From the NCBI RefSeq assembly GCF_009914755.1, contig NC_060940.1: a stretch of 64,000 nucleotides of DNA. One strand, 5' to 3'. This document shows, piece after piece, positions 1 to 13,675 of this stretch (the first letter of the stretch is position 1; each line of letters starts with the position of its first letter). The notes beneath the pieces were generated by a model, which was not told the DNA's origin, ran no database searches, and saw only the letters and a program-made list of their open reading frames with translations. The stretch comes from the human T2T-CHM13v2.0 reference genome, Homo sapiens. Position numbers and translations under genes: made by a program.

Positions 1-1014
1 TAGCTACCATTATCACCACTACCTCTAATACTTCTATCACTATTGATCTTATTGACCTGGTAATCATTTAGGATATCTCTGATAACTGAAAATCAATTAT
101 CAGAGTTTTAATGTGCATGGTATACTTTAGGTTCCCAGAATATCACTGGTCCAATCCATAGATTTCCCCACTTTGTATTCTAATCATTGAGGTATCATGG
201 GAGATTAGTTTGAACAAATATAAGCAAAGGCTAAAATAAATGTCTACATATAAGTTGCCTTCAAGCAGAATATCTTTTTAATCAAAATGCTATGAAACAA
301 TTTTCCCCTCACTCTGCAGCAGGTAGAGCACAATCATTATTTGCTCCTGCTTCTGAGCGCTCAGGCTTCCCTCTGTGGAAGCTGTTCCTTGTTGGCTCTG
401 CCTGCATAACAATGACAGGAGGAAGAGCTGCTTTATTTTACTCCCTTCCTCGGAGGAAAATGGGTGCCTTCTTTAATGTGAGTGGTCAGAAGCCCTAGTA
501 CTTCCTTTTGTGACACAGTTTAAAGTCAGAGTCTCTGGAGCAACCTAGGAGGAAATCATTTGCACATCCATGCTTTATGAGAAGATGATGACAATGACAT
601 GTTAATAATTACTAAGTTTGCATATAGAGGAGGTATTTCAAACACAGAATCTTACCCAGTTTTGTTTCAGTAGGTTTCACTGATTTGCCTGAGGTCACAA
701 AATAAGTGAAAGTACCACGGCCAGCATCTTTGTCCTCCCAAGCCAGGGCTGTTTCTATTACAACACGCTAAGGAAGGTAAGGCTCTCATTGTAAGCATAA
801 AGTAGGAAGTCATTTAGGCTTATCATTTAACATGTTAGTGAATATCTAAATTACTATGATGAACAAATATCTATAAGGTGTTAAACTTGACAATATTTTC
901 GGGTTTTGTTTGTTTGCTTGCTTACTTGTTTGTTTCAACTCCTTGTCTTTTTATTGTTTGGGGAAAGTGACAACCACTAGCTTCTTGCAGTTATCTAATG
1001 AAATACCTAAAGCT

Positions 1015-1089
1015 GTATAGTTGGCCATTTGTATGTCTTCTTTGGAGAAATATCTATTCAGGTATTTTGCCCATTTTTAAATCAGGTTA
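1015..1089 (-). mobile_element. L1M ORF2 3' fragment (antisense piece of an inverted L1)
   Basis: ttggccatttgtatgtcttctttggagaaatatctattcagg...gcccatttttaaatcagg is the reverse complement of the L1 ORF2 3' region. Confidence 0.8.
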
Positions 1090-1530
1090 CAAAGATGCCA
1101 CCAACACACAGTGTGGAAAGGACAGTCTCTTCATTAAATGGCGTTGGAAAAACTGGATGCCCACAAGCAGGAGGATTAAATTTGACTTTTATCTCACACC
1201 ATATGCAAAAATCAACTCAAAATATATTAAGGACTTAAAGATAAACCTGAAACTCTAAAACTACTAGAAGAAAACATAGAAGGAATATGCCATGCATAGG
1301 TCTGAACAATGATTTATTTTTTGCATATGACTCCAAATTTCAGACAACAAAAGTAAAAGTAGATGATGTGATTACATCAAACTAAAAAGCTTCTATACAA
1401 CAAAGGAAACAATCAATAGAACAAAGATATAATCTATGAAATGGGAGAAGACATTTGCAAACTGTGTATCTAATAAGGAGTTAACATCCAAAATACATAA
1501 GGAGCTCAAACAACACAATAGCTAGAAAAT
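1090..1530 (+). mobile_element. L1M (L1MA-like) ORF2 3' fragment, sense piece
   Basis: ggaaaggacagtctcttc...aaaatcaactcaaaat...aaactactagaagaaaacatag. ORF 998..1258 contains the L1 ORF2-like peptides GKDSLFIKW and YLTPYAKINSK. Confidence 0.9.
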
Positions 1531-2119
1531 AGACCTTACAATTAACATTCAATTAATGTCACATTCAAATATTTCTCTTTTAAAATGTTACATTAAAAAC
1601 GGAAGAAAAATATGTAGCCCTCTGTGCAAACAAAAGTCAGTTTGGTATTTTGTTTTGATGAAAATGAAGGGCAGTGCAGGTAGTTCAGCATAAATAACCC
1701 GAATTGGTTGTCTCTTTTAGTCTTTGTTTTAATTAGCATTACAAAAGAGAAACATCGCATATATTAGACATAATTTCTAACCTCAGAAATAAAATGTTAC
1801 CTTAAGTTCCACAGTGAGCGCATGCTGAATTACTGTTTTAGCTCAGGGGAGGATATATTTAGGCTTGTTTGTAAAGCGTAAATTAGAGTAAGTGTTATGG
1901 TGTCATAAGTTAGCTGGATTACCTAGAGCAGCTCCTCTCCTTCTGAATAATTAAGATATCTGATTCAAACATATGTGTAGGTTATTAAATGCAACTGTAC
2001 AAATGTGAGGGTATTTGTATAGATACGCATGTTTAATAAATTCATGGTTCAACTTCTAGACACAAAGGCCTCTTGAGTAAATTTGACCTTTCTGCCCATT
2101 CTGGTTGTGATTTAAAAAT

Positions 2120-2141
2120 TAATAATAATAATAATAATAAT
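2120..2141. repeat. (AAT)n microsatellite
   Basis: aataataataataataataat. Confidence 0.9.
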
Positions 2142-2411
2142 CTGTAACACTGTGAGCCTAAGGGGAAGGTAATTAGCACTAATTGCATTTATTTTTAAAC
2201 AGATCTGTTCCTACTAATCAGTGTTGTTTCCACAGGTGCTTATTTTCATGGTGAAGAGGAAGGGATTTATGATGCTTTGATAAGACAAGAGAAGGAAGGG
2301 CATGGTTTGGTTCTCATTCTAACATCTGAAGAGCATGGTGTGGTGCTGAGGGAAGGAGGTACTGTTGCTGCATGTTAGGATAGCTATCCTGTAGCAAATG
2401 TCATCCTTTGA

Positions 2412-2829
<418 letters not shown>

Positions 2830-2949
2830 TAATGTCTCAAAAATTATTGAAAAAGAACCACTTTGGAGAATAAGATCAAAGATATCAAGTCATCTCCTGG
2901 TTACGTTATGACCGTTGCAAGATGGAAGCAGATGCAGCTAGAATCAATC

Positions 2950-3400
2950 AAATGTTTGTATCTGCTCAGCCGCTAGTTCTTATTCTAGGAATAGAATCCT
3001 GATTTTGCTTAGGGAACAACTACTTCTCTATCTTTAATCCATGTGGTTTGTGTGAAACTGTGCTTCTTGTCTGACTAATCAGATCCTTCCACCCTCCTGT
3101 CCACATTGAATTGGTTGAGAAGTGGGCATGTGAAACTAGTGAGACCAAAGGAACACAATTTCGGACCATTGTTGGAACTGCTGGGCAGATTAACTTATCT
3201 TTTGCTAAGATTACGAAACTATGAGAATGCAGATGGTCTCTGTTCAATTTGGGGCCTCATAACTTCAGTATTGAGAGTATAAGAATAGCTGAAAGATATA
3301 GAGGTATTAATTCCTGGGACATAGGTGGAGCTTCTGGACTCAGAAAAAAAAAAAGTCATTTTTTTCTCGTGTTTTTATTACAGGTACAATTCTCTTTCTT
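2950..3400 (+). mobile_element. Old MaLR LTR (MLT1K/L/J-like)
   Basis: Diverged MLT1-type motifs (aatagaatcctgattttgcttagggaac; gggcatgtga...gagacc; tgttggaactgctggg). Confidence 0.6.
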
Positions 3401-3759
3401 TCTCCCTCTCTCTCTCTCTGTCTGTCTCTTTCATCTATCTTTCTCTTTTTCCCCCTGATACCTGGAGTCCATAATCCGTACCTCCCCCTCTTGCAAATGC
3501 AAAGAACTCAACTCAAAAGTCCTAGTTGACACATCTTCTATGACTACTCCATTGCATATTTTAGAACTTTTTTTTTGCAGACAGAACAATCTAACATGCA
3601 AACAGGGAAACATTTAATGCAACATCGAGCATCACACAGACTCTTTGGGAAGGCTGTTTAAGCATTTGCTATAAGCCAAGGTAACAGGAACAACTTTAGA
3701 TTTAAACTTTCATGGAGGTGCTGTCATCTCTAATAACCATGAGCCTCTATAGCAGTCTG

Positions 3760-3960
3760 GAAGCTTCCACCAATACCACAAATAAAAGCAAGCTGCCTCT
3801 GCCACCAACCTTTATTATGTCTGCTTACTGACTTCAAATTAATGGCTAATACCAGCATGACTGGTATGCAGAGTCTGAATCATACATTGATATTTCAGCT
3901 GCAAGAGAATCTGGGAATGTTAAAATATGTATCTTTTCCTCACTGAAAGACATAGCTGGG
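3760..3960 (-). mobile_element. Old ERVL LTR fragment (LTR33/LTR16-like)
   Basis: gcagagtctgaatcatac...cagctgcaagagaatctgggaa resembles the LTR33-type core. Confidence 0.4.
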
Positions 3961-4479
3961 ACTTGAAAACATGTGAAATATGTTCAAAAAGATCTGGGTG
4001 AGCATGAATAATCAGTGCTCACTCTGGCTATATAGTCCCTAATATAGATAATTTAGATTTAGCTGAGGAGTACTTGGTATTTATCTCAGTTTCCTTGTGA
4101 GAATTGGTACCATCAGTTGATTAAATTTATGAGAGTCCCAAGTTGACCCATTGCCCATCATAGGCTGGATATACAAACAAAAAGGTTCTAGACAGAGAGA
4201 CAAGGGTCAGCTTTGCCTTCCAGAGGCACATATTCAGTACTCTCATTTCTGACACTCTGGCACACAGATGAGCTTTTTCCTTCAGCAAAATTAAATGCAG
4301 AAGAGCAGATGTTGGTATTCATCAGATATGACAGCTGAATATCATCAGTTCTGATAATCATAAGAATAAACAACAAATATAAAGCACAACTGATTGTATT
4401 TGGGAGGCGTGTCTTATTTTTCAATGTGGGAGGATACACAAATGTTAAGCTAGACTTTGTAACTTCTCAAGCAATCAAC

Positions 4480-4770
4480 CACAGTACAACTAAGCCTAGG
4501 TATCCTGATACGCCAGTACAGGGATTTTTATTCTCACCACTTAGCACTTTATTAAATACATTCTGACATGCTGTGTGCTATTGGAAAGGTGATTTTCCTC
4601 CTTTGAAAGCCTCAGTGTTATTATCTGTGATGCTGAGGATGATGATGATGGAGATGATGATAGTGATGGTAATGAGCAATAGGGTGATAATTTATTAAAT
4701 AAAGGAAATGGCATGCATTATACAGATACTCTGTGTCAGGCACTTATCCAGCCATGACTTCTAAATGTTG
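4480..4770 (+). mobile_element. MIR containing a (GAT)n-like tract
   Basis: gcctcagtgttattatctgtga MIR core. gatgatgatg tract at about 4638-4670. Confidence 0.55.
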
Positions 4771-5734
4771 GCTCATCTCTATAGCTATTTTTTCTATTTC
4801 TCAATATAATTTAATCCTAATAGTAATTTTAACTAGCCTGATATTCCTATTCTCATGTGCATATTGAGACTGCTGGTCATAAAGAAGTGATATTCAACCA
4901 CTGCACCAGCTCAGTATGGCTCTTAAACTGGACTGAAACAATGCCACCCCTACAGTACTAACTCACTCACAGATGAAGATTTTTCTTCCTCCTCCCCCTG
5001 TGACCAATAGCCAAAGACATATTTTGGGATGTATTAGTGCACTGGGACCTTACTCAGTCTATAGATGACCAAGTTCACATAGGCAAACCTCTTTTCAAAA
5101 ATCCCAAGGTAGGACTGTTTTTGCTGTATTGGAGATGACAGTAGAGATGCTGATTGCTGAGGTCACGTGTCACCGTTCTAAAGAACAGTTTGCTATGATT
5201 GTTTGGGAATAGCTGAACCATCTGTGGAATTAGATTTAGTTCCAATTCCTGTTAAAACATTGCTGAGATTTTCCTAGTTGTCCCTACACACATGGTAAAT
5301 TCATATCCATTAACGTCTCTGGAGATTTTAATTTTTTTTCCTTTATAATCTTTTTTCCTCTCTAGCTACCCATTCACATCCTCATCCCTCACCCTGGGGT
5401 AGGAGGGTAGGAGTTAGGTTGTTAGTCTAAAAATGTGATAAATTCTTCAAATTCTTATTAAACTCCTTATTAAATTCATTTTTTTCCTACTAAAAATAAC
5501 TATCTTCTTTTTTAGTCTCAGAGCCAAAAGCATAATCTCCCCAATAGGCTAAGCTTTGGAAAACCAAAGACAGCTGACTTGAAGAGCTTCCTGCTTTCCT
5601 TCTTGTCCCATTCCTCCCACAAGCCATAAATAGAGAACTATTCTTGTACCTAGATCGTGGAAAAAGAAAAGAGGAAATGACGAATATTTTCTTTCTTTTT
5701 CTATATAAAATATCTCAAAACTATTTTCTTGACA

Positions 5735-5842
5735 TACACAGATGAAGACTCTAAGGCTTAAAGGAGGTTAATTAATCAGTTCAAGGTCACAAAATCTGCT
5801 AGAGATAGAACTTGTATTATAACCCAATTGTGATTCCAAAAT
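5735..5842 (-). mobile_element. MIR
   Basis: cagatgaagactctaaggcttaaaggaggttaa...caaggtcaca. Confidence 0.7.
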
Positions 5843-8097
5843 TTATATATTTAATTCATGTGATTAAATATTTACTTTTACCTATCTCATACTGGAAACT
5901 AAGCCAAGCCCACTGAATGTACTGGATGCAATATTCTAGATATCAAAATCTAAGGTTTCACTTGAACTAAAGAGCTTGTTGTATATGGCTTAAGAACTCC
6001 CTGGCTAAACTATAAATAGGTTACATAGTTCTGTTGCTTCCAGTAAATACATTATGCAATCTCCTTATAATGTTTTAGAATCTTTCTAAATGTTTTACAC
6101 AGTGAGAGGTGATAAGATATTTTATTAGGAATATAGTGTTTGGTAAATTTAATATGGACTATTATTCTCTACTACACGAAGAAGTTGTCTTCTTAACAGC
6201 CTTCCTGAGATTGTCTTCATCCATTCATCCCATATATATCTTAAAAAGTAAAAAAGGTGGGGAGATGGAAAGGAAAGTGGGAAGTAACATTTTGTGTACA
6301 TCTTTTATGATATTATGTTTATGATAAAATAATATTCTATAGAAAAGGATGTACTACAAATCTGACTGGAAATGCTCTCTCAAATAGAAAGAAAACAACC
6401 ATATGACTTACAAAGTACGATTCAGGGCAATAAAAATGAGGAAAAAATTAAAAATGGCAACAGATAGAGAATCCCCAAATGCCGTATTTGGAAATTTGAC
6501 AATGATTTCTTTCCTCTTTCTTTTCTAGAAGGCTCTGAAGAATGCATAGAGGCTGTTACATAGGTAACGTATTTACCAGTAGATTCTAGAAATTCTGGAG
6601 AATGTGCTTTAGCTGAGACTGTCAGCCATAGAATATGCCTGAGCCTCTGAACCATGGGTGTTTGGGGAGTTATGGCTTCCATGTGGCATTTGACTGCCAC
6701 AGAGAGTTATGATTTTCAGACTAGTTACTATATAACTTTATTTAACCATTCTCTACTTTCTTTAATTATATTTATTTTCAGTAAATATATTTCTTTTCAG
6801 TAAATATTTTCATCTCTAGCATTTTCAACACCGTCAGTTCATTTGTATCATAGAAGTCATGATGAGAATTATTTGTTTCTTAAAAGTCTGCTTTTAACAA
6901 AGGCCTTTGTCCACAGTTTTCCACTCTCATTTATTTATCCTCGCATCTTTAGATTTACCCAAAAGCTTTTATGCCTGCTTCTTAACTGTGCTCCCTTCTA
7001 TAACTCACTCATTTTCCATCTGACTCAATTCCTCACATTCCCTAGAGTTTATCATCACCTATAGCTCTGGGAAGCAGACTTTACTTTTGGCAGAGTCCTT
7101 GCCAACCTGGCTAGTCCACTCTCTCAAGGAGACAGAAATTCAAATATCTGAGAATAAGATAGGACTGTCTATCTTTCATGTTTGATCTCCACATGAGCAC
7201 TGTTAAAAAAAAAGACTGTTCTTGCCCTTTCAAAATTACAGAAAATGGAATGCTCACATATGACGTATATATACAGGAGACACGAGACCATGGAACTTAG
7301 GTGTATTATCTCATTTTGTGTTCAAATGAACCTATGAGATAGATGTACTGTATTAGTTTTTCAGTTGAGCAGCCTGTTGATGATAAAACCTGCAAAATGT
7401 GACCAACTGATTCAAGTTTCTCTGGTGTTAAGCCTCTTTAGCTCAAGATCAGCTAGTCTTTCATATTTAAGTATTATGTTTTTTTTAAAAAAGGGGGACA
7501 CAAAATATGCACATTTGTGGGTGAAAAGAAAAAATAGTACTTTGGGTTTTATTAAAAGAAAATAGAATGCTAGAAACAAACTAATCATGCCATTTTTTAT
7601 AAAAGTAATTAATCTTAAATATTGTTTTCATTACATTCTTTCTTCATTATTTTATTTAAGACCTGAGCGAAACACCACCTGCCTCAATACATTTTTTTCC
7701 CTGATGTTCTGCCTTCTGACATTAACCCTATGTTACTTAGTGAAAACTTAACATATGCAACTCTAAAGTTTGTTTCTCCTCTTATGAATCCATTGTCTAC
7801 AATTAAGCTATAATAAATGGGAGGGCTGGCACCAGACATTATTTATTATTGAACTCTAACACCTTTCCCTATGGCAACTCAAAACAAATGTTGTTAATCT
7901 GATAACTAAATTTAATTGATACTCACAGTGAATGAATTTTGACCATTTTATTACCTAATTACATTTGATTTTCACCATCATTATTTAAAAACAGAAAAAA
8001 GATTTCAATCTCATTTAGTGATTTGGATTAATATTCATAGCATTAATTATACAGATGTATGTCAACTTAAAAGGAAACTAAAACAACAACAAAAAAC

Positions 8098-8235
8098 ACA
8101 ATATTTATTGGACACTTACTACATGGTCAGCACTCTCTTAGAACAAATTACCTTAGTTAAATCTCGTAGCTACCCTATGAGTTAGGTACTTTAATTATCC
8201 ACATTTTAAGGATAAGGAAACTAAAGTAATTGAGG
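8098..8235 (-). mobile_element. MIR
   Basis: atttattggacacttactacatgg...accctatgagttaggtact...cacattttaaggataaggaaactaa. Confidence 0.7.
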
Positions 8236-8429
8236 GGTAGAAGAAGGATTCAGCCCATTAGAGATGAGTACTAAAGGCAGGATGATTACTGAGCCCGTTT
8301 TCTTAAACACTACCATATTATTTCCATTCATAGTCTGGATTTGAACCAGTTATTTATGTTTAAAATCAAGTGTACTTTTCCTTATGTGAAAAAAAACTTC
8401 CTAATAACAATTCCATAAATGGTGAGTTC

Positions 8430-8565
8430 AGTCAGCCATTTATCTAATACGTTTTAGGCAATGTTTGAAATGCTAGTTACATACCAGTGAATAAAAATAA
8501 GACAAAGACTCTGATATCATAGAGTTAACATTATAGTGTTATAGGCAGAAAATAAACAAGATACA
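8430..8565 (-). mobile_element. L2 3' fragment
   Basis: ttcagtcagccatttat...agtgaataaaa...catagagttaacattatagt. Confidence 0.5.
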
Positions 8566-11360
8566 CTAAAATATACTAAACTAAACCACAAAGAGGGCTT
8601 TGCCATTACATTCAAAAAGTGATAGTCTTACTTGTACTACATCTTCAGAAAATTTAAAAACAAAATCTTGAAAAGGAAAGGTAAAAATTATAAAAACTCA
8701 TGATGACTTAGTCTAACCTATGATTCCCATTTTCTGAGCAGAGCCCATTTCCTAGGGATTTGAGAAGCTTAGCTCAGGTTTGCAGTCCTGAATGTGAAAA
8801 AAAGCTGCAGAAGGACAGTTCTCTCTCTCCAAGTCACATTAAACCCATAGGCTTTGACAAGTTCACTTTTTGCTTCAGAAAAATTATCGTCACCTCTGTG
8901 CTATAGAATGATTTTTTCAAATAGATTTTTACAGAAATTCCAAAGCCTCAGTACTATGACTTTTGATGTATGTTGTGTGGACAATCATGCTTCTTCTTGA
9001 CTGTACTCTCTCATAAATAAAATTGTGTGTTAGTGAGTTAGTACACACACACATACACACACAAAATCTTCCTTTTTACCACTGTCTATAATGCCTCATA
9101 TCTTTTATATTAATGCCTCATCATTTTCTTTTTTTCTACAAACATAAACAATTTCAGAGTTATAATCATTAGTGGCTAAGACTGTTCCACTGAATTTGAA
9201 CTCAAGTGTTCAGCTTTCGGTGTGGTAACAAGCCATATAGTGTGAGAAAAACACAGATTGCCACCTCGTGATTTTTTTTAATAGATTTCCAATCACCAAT
9301 CAAGGAACGATTTGAAATATTTAATATTTATAGGCCAACTTTCAAAATGGTGTTTAACATGGATGAGCATCATTTGCAAATGAAATCAAAATCTAACGTA
9401 TGTTCCAGTCTTTTTGACAGGAAGCATGTCGCTAAGATCTCCACTTCCTTTTTCTGTTGTGCCTGCTTTCTAACGCGCATGCCACTGGTTTACCCTCCAG
9501 CTCGCCCATCACATTGCTATTCAGAAGGTGAACTGCACCAGTGACTTCACTTGGAAGTAAGACCAGATGTTCCAGTTGCTCCTGGGCAAGAATGAATTAA
9601 CATTTTAAGTACTCGGCAGTGGAAATGTTCAAATATCATCTGTAGTCTCTGATTTGTAGCTTAATGGATGTCATAAACTTATGATGAACGGGAAAACTAT
9701 AAAGCATTTGAAAGAAACAGACTGACAAAAGTTGGCAAGCTAAGAGGGATTTTTGTCAGCCTGAGGACACCACTGAAATGAACAGTTTGATGTTGCTGTT
9801 TTTTCACATCTTGCATATTGTATTGGTTGTAACTCCCAGAGAGAAGCATTTGTTAATGCCTCTCTGTGTTCACTAGAATGTGACAATACCTACTAGAGTG
9901 GTGAATCCCTCGTCTAGCCAAGAAACTGTCTTGATTTTGGGTAACTTAAGTGGCCAGCTCTGTTTGCTGACATATTGAGTTCACTTAACAATTGATATAT
10001 TGTTACATGAAGTACCTGTTAAGCACAATAGCTGAAAATCCAAAGACAATTGCAATGTTCTCCTAAAGAAAATGTACAGACATTTACAGCACGTTCAATT
10101 CATTATTATTATGTTGCCTATACACAGTCTCTGGACATTTCAAATTGTGGGTAACAAACCAGATTTTTTTTTCTTCTAGACATTTTGGTACCATATGTAT
10201 TGGGTACTATGTCCATTTTTTAAAAAATTATAATTCATTATACATTTTCTGATCTATCCATTGAACTAAGGATTTGAAACTAATCTCTTCCATTATCATA
10301 TGTTCCTTCTTGAAAGTAAAAAGAACCCAGGAGGACAGAGGCAAAGGAAATATGAGAAAATACTGTGATGGCTATTGCTTCGTAGTCAAATTGTGAGAGC
10401 AAAAAGTTTGACTTCATGAAATGTGTGAAATGTATTATGGAAATCAATCTAAGTGTGGATATGTATGTGTATTTATCAAGTATATAGGATGTGACATTTG
10501 AGACTCTCTGATCTATCTCCTTTCTGTCTTCACAGCTAAACCAGTCACTTATTAACTTGTAGTTAAGGCTGAGCACATGGATTCCTCCCTTTTTTGGTCT
10601 ATATTGGTTCCAGTAACTAGGTTTTGGCTTTTAGAAGCGATCTGGAATTCCAGTCCTTCCACATCCCACATCTAGTAAGTACCTGAACTAGAACATAGTC
10701 TTCCAACACACATTCCAGCTAACTTCATATTTGATCATACCACTTTTAGATTTAATGAAATATAATTTTATTACCAGATTACAATTATTGAGACATGACC
10801 TTAAGGACTATCCACGCCAAAATTATTTGGGAAGAAATGCAAAATATTGAGAAAACAGAATCTCTGAATTGCTAGGTGAAAAACAGTCACTCATTTGCAC
10901 AATTTGTTGTCATGTTCACAGTAAACAAAGAAAGGTATCATTGAAAGACAATATCAGAATTTGCAAGCTAATGATTTATGTTTCTCTCTCTTTTATGTCC
11001 CTTTGATCTTTGATTTTATCAGTTGCTCTACTTTAAATTAAACTGGAGTAACAGCAAGCAAAATAAGTGATTGAAAATGGTAAGCACTTGCCCTCATACT
11101 TCTGAAGTAAGACTAGAGGCCACTTGCTCCCCTGAGCCAGTCATAGAAATGCTCATTCCAGTAATGCTTTCAAATTGGCACTTGTTATTGGCATCAACTT
11201 GAGGTAAACTTTTACTTTAAAAATTTTTTTTAATGTAGTAAAGTAGTAAAGAAAAAACATGTAGTTAGGCTAAAATTAATGTATTATTTATTAGATTAAA
11301 TTTAATTCCATATTTGTTCTGAGTAGTGTCAGAACCCGAATGATTAAAAATTACTGACAG

Positions 11361-12635
11361 ATGGGGCCAAGATAACTGATGAGAAGCTGCTAGCGTGCCC
11401 TTCTCTCAGAGAGAGAAGAAAGAATGGCTGGAGCAAACACTAGCTCTTCAACTGCAACATCCAGGTGGACACATTGGGATTCATCAAGGAAACAGCATAA
11501 CCCACGGAGAACTGAGAAGAACAAAACAGGACAATGGCCCACACAGGAGTGGCACAGAGCAAAGGGAGGTCCCTCCCCACGGGGATGCGGTGGGTGAGTG
11601 TTTCCCGTAGATCCACACTTCTGCCACAGACCTTTGAATCCCTGGGCTCAGAAGATCCTCTGTGAACCTCCCAACCTAGGCCTGCAGACCCGCATGAAGA
11701 ATTGCGTGGAGTCTAGGAAGAGCTGCCACTCAGGCACACATGGAATCCCGGGAACCTCTGATTCACGGGGTACCCCAGCATCAGCAGCTGCAGCTTCAGC
11801 AACAGCGGAGGCCAGACTCCCTTGCACACCCCCAGGAAAGGGGTCAAATCCATGTGGGTGAGCAGTAAGGGAATGCAGGTCTCACCTCCACTGCACCTCG
11901 CAGGATAAGGCCCGCTGGCCTGGGATGCTAGGAAGACCACTCCAACCCCGCCTGAGTTCTCGGACTAAGAGCATCTCTGCACTTCCCTGGAATGGAGCTC
12001 CCAGAGTGAGAGGCGGGCTGCCTTTTTTGCTGGTCCGCGACCCTCTCTCTTGCTGCTTCAGGCTTGGGAGGGTGTGCAGTGATTAGGGGCTAATGCAGAC
12101 CGACGGCACAGCACTACTACCTTAGGGAAAAGTGGCCAGACTGTTTTTTTCTGCGCGGCTTCCTGTCCCGCTACTACTCTCTGGGCAGGGTCTCCCGACC
12201 TGGGACTCCAGCGACCCACCCCGGTGGCTCTTGGGTCAGTAGAATCTCTCCACTTCCCTGGACAGAGCTCCAAGAGGGAGCAGCCAGGCCACCAATTTGC
12301 CGCACTGCAGCACTTGCTTCTGTTGCCCTCAGGCTCAGCAGGGAGCGCGGTGGCTGAGAACTGACCTGGAGCCACAGCCCAGTGCAGCAGCGTTATGGAA
12401 AAATGGCCAGTCTGTTTTCCACGTGGGTCCTCACCTCCACTACTCCAAACGAGGCAGTACCTCTCGACCTGGGCCTCCAGGACAACGATCCTGCCCCTGC
12501 CTGAACACTTCAGTCAGTAGCAGCTGTGCATTTCTGTGAAGAGGAAATCCCAGAGACAACTCACGGCTCCTCTGACATTGCAGCTGCACTTGTACTGCGC
12601 TTACTGTCCTTGCACATTTGATGATGAAAAAGTGC
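11361..12635 (+). mobile_element. Old primate L1 5'UTR only (L1PA15-16/L1PREC2/L1P4-like)
   Basis: Starts ggggccaagataactga...aaacactagctcttcaactg...ttgggattcatcaagg. GC-rich, with internal ~270-bp diverged repeats. No ORF1 follows. Confidence 0.8.
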
Positions 12636-12834
12636 ATGCTGTTTGGATAAGCAAAGTCTACATTCTACAAACATGACTCCATAATTTCTCATATGGAGTT
12701 TAGTTCATGAATTACATTTGCATTTTATGAAATAATAGTTATATCTAAACAGATAACATCATAATAGCCGAAACATATACATATAAAGACACATAGAACA
12801 TTTTCTGGCAAATGTATTCTGTTTTTACTGAATG

Positions 12835-12970
12835 AATGCTCACAATAACCCAAGTGGCTTGTTAGCAATGGTTAAATAATATGCCCAAATTCACACAACC
12901 GGAAAGTGGTAAAGCTAGAATCTGAATCAAAGTCCTATAACTTTAAAGTCCACATTTTTAGCCACTACAG
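12835..12970 (-). mobile_element. MIR
   Basis: ggttaaataatatgcccaaattcacacaac...agtggtaaagctagaatctgaatc. Confidence 0.65.
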
Positions 12971-13280
12971 TGTAATATGATACACTGGTATATATGAACA
13001 TACTCCACATGGAAAGACAATGAGGATGCTTCCAAAGAAACACCGATATGACATGAAGTTGTTCCTATGAAACCTAAGAGAATATCAAATGCTAGTGCCA
13101 GATAAGAAACAGAAATTAATGGATCAGAGTGGGGACAGAGATCACGTATATCCTGTCTAACGAGACTAGATGCACTTCAAAGGCAGCAATACCGGCCCAC
13201 TGTTGACAGTGTTTGTTTATGTTTGTGAGATGCCAAAAATCCAAAATTGTGTAAGTTTTCTGTTTTTTAATATTGGTTAC

Positions 13281-13675
13281 TGATATGGTATGGATCTGTG
13301 TCCCCACTCAAATCTCATGTTGAAATGTAATCCCTGGTGTTGGAGATAGGGCCTGGTGGGAGGGAGACTGGATCGTGGGGGCAGATTTTTCTCACGAATG
13401 GTTTAGCACCGTCCTCTTGGCACTGTTCTCACGATGATGAGTTCTTGTGCAATCTGGTTGTTTAAAAATGTGTGGCAGTTCTCCCTTCATTCTCTTGGTC
13501 CCCGCTCTGGCCATGTGACAGATTATAAGTTTCTTGAGGGCTCCCCAAAAGCCGAGTGGATGCCTCCATGCTTCCTGCACTGCCTGCGGAAACATAAGCC
13601 AATTAAACCTCTTTTCTCTATAAATTACCCAGTTTCAGGTGTTTCCTTATAGCAGTGAGAGAACTGATTAATACA
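13281..13675 (+). mobile_element. MSTA/MSTB MaLR solo LTR
   Basis: tgatatggtatggatctgtgtccccactcaaatctcatgttgaaatgtaatcc...taaattacccagtttcagg...taataca. Confidence 0.93.

Noticed and set aside
6775-6807. Short direct repeats (ttttcagtaaatat x2; also taatgcctcat x2 near 9090-9121 and gaacatggaagtgc x2 near 27618-27657)
   Set aside because: Ordinary slippage micro-duplications.
9722-9759. ctgacaaaa...ttttgtcag inverted repeat as a pre-miRNA or terminator
   Set aside because: The 9-bp stem is too short and expected by chance in 64 kb.
11395-12637. ORF cluster and CpG-island-like region suggesting a gene promoter
   Set aside because: Explained by an L1 5'UTR.
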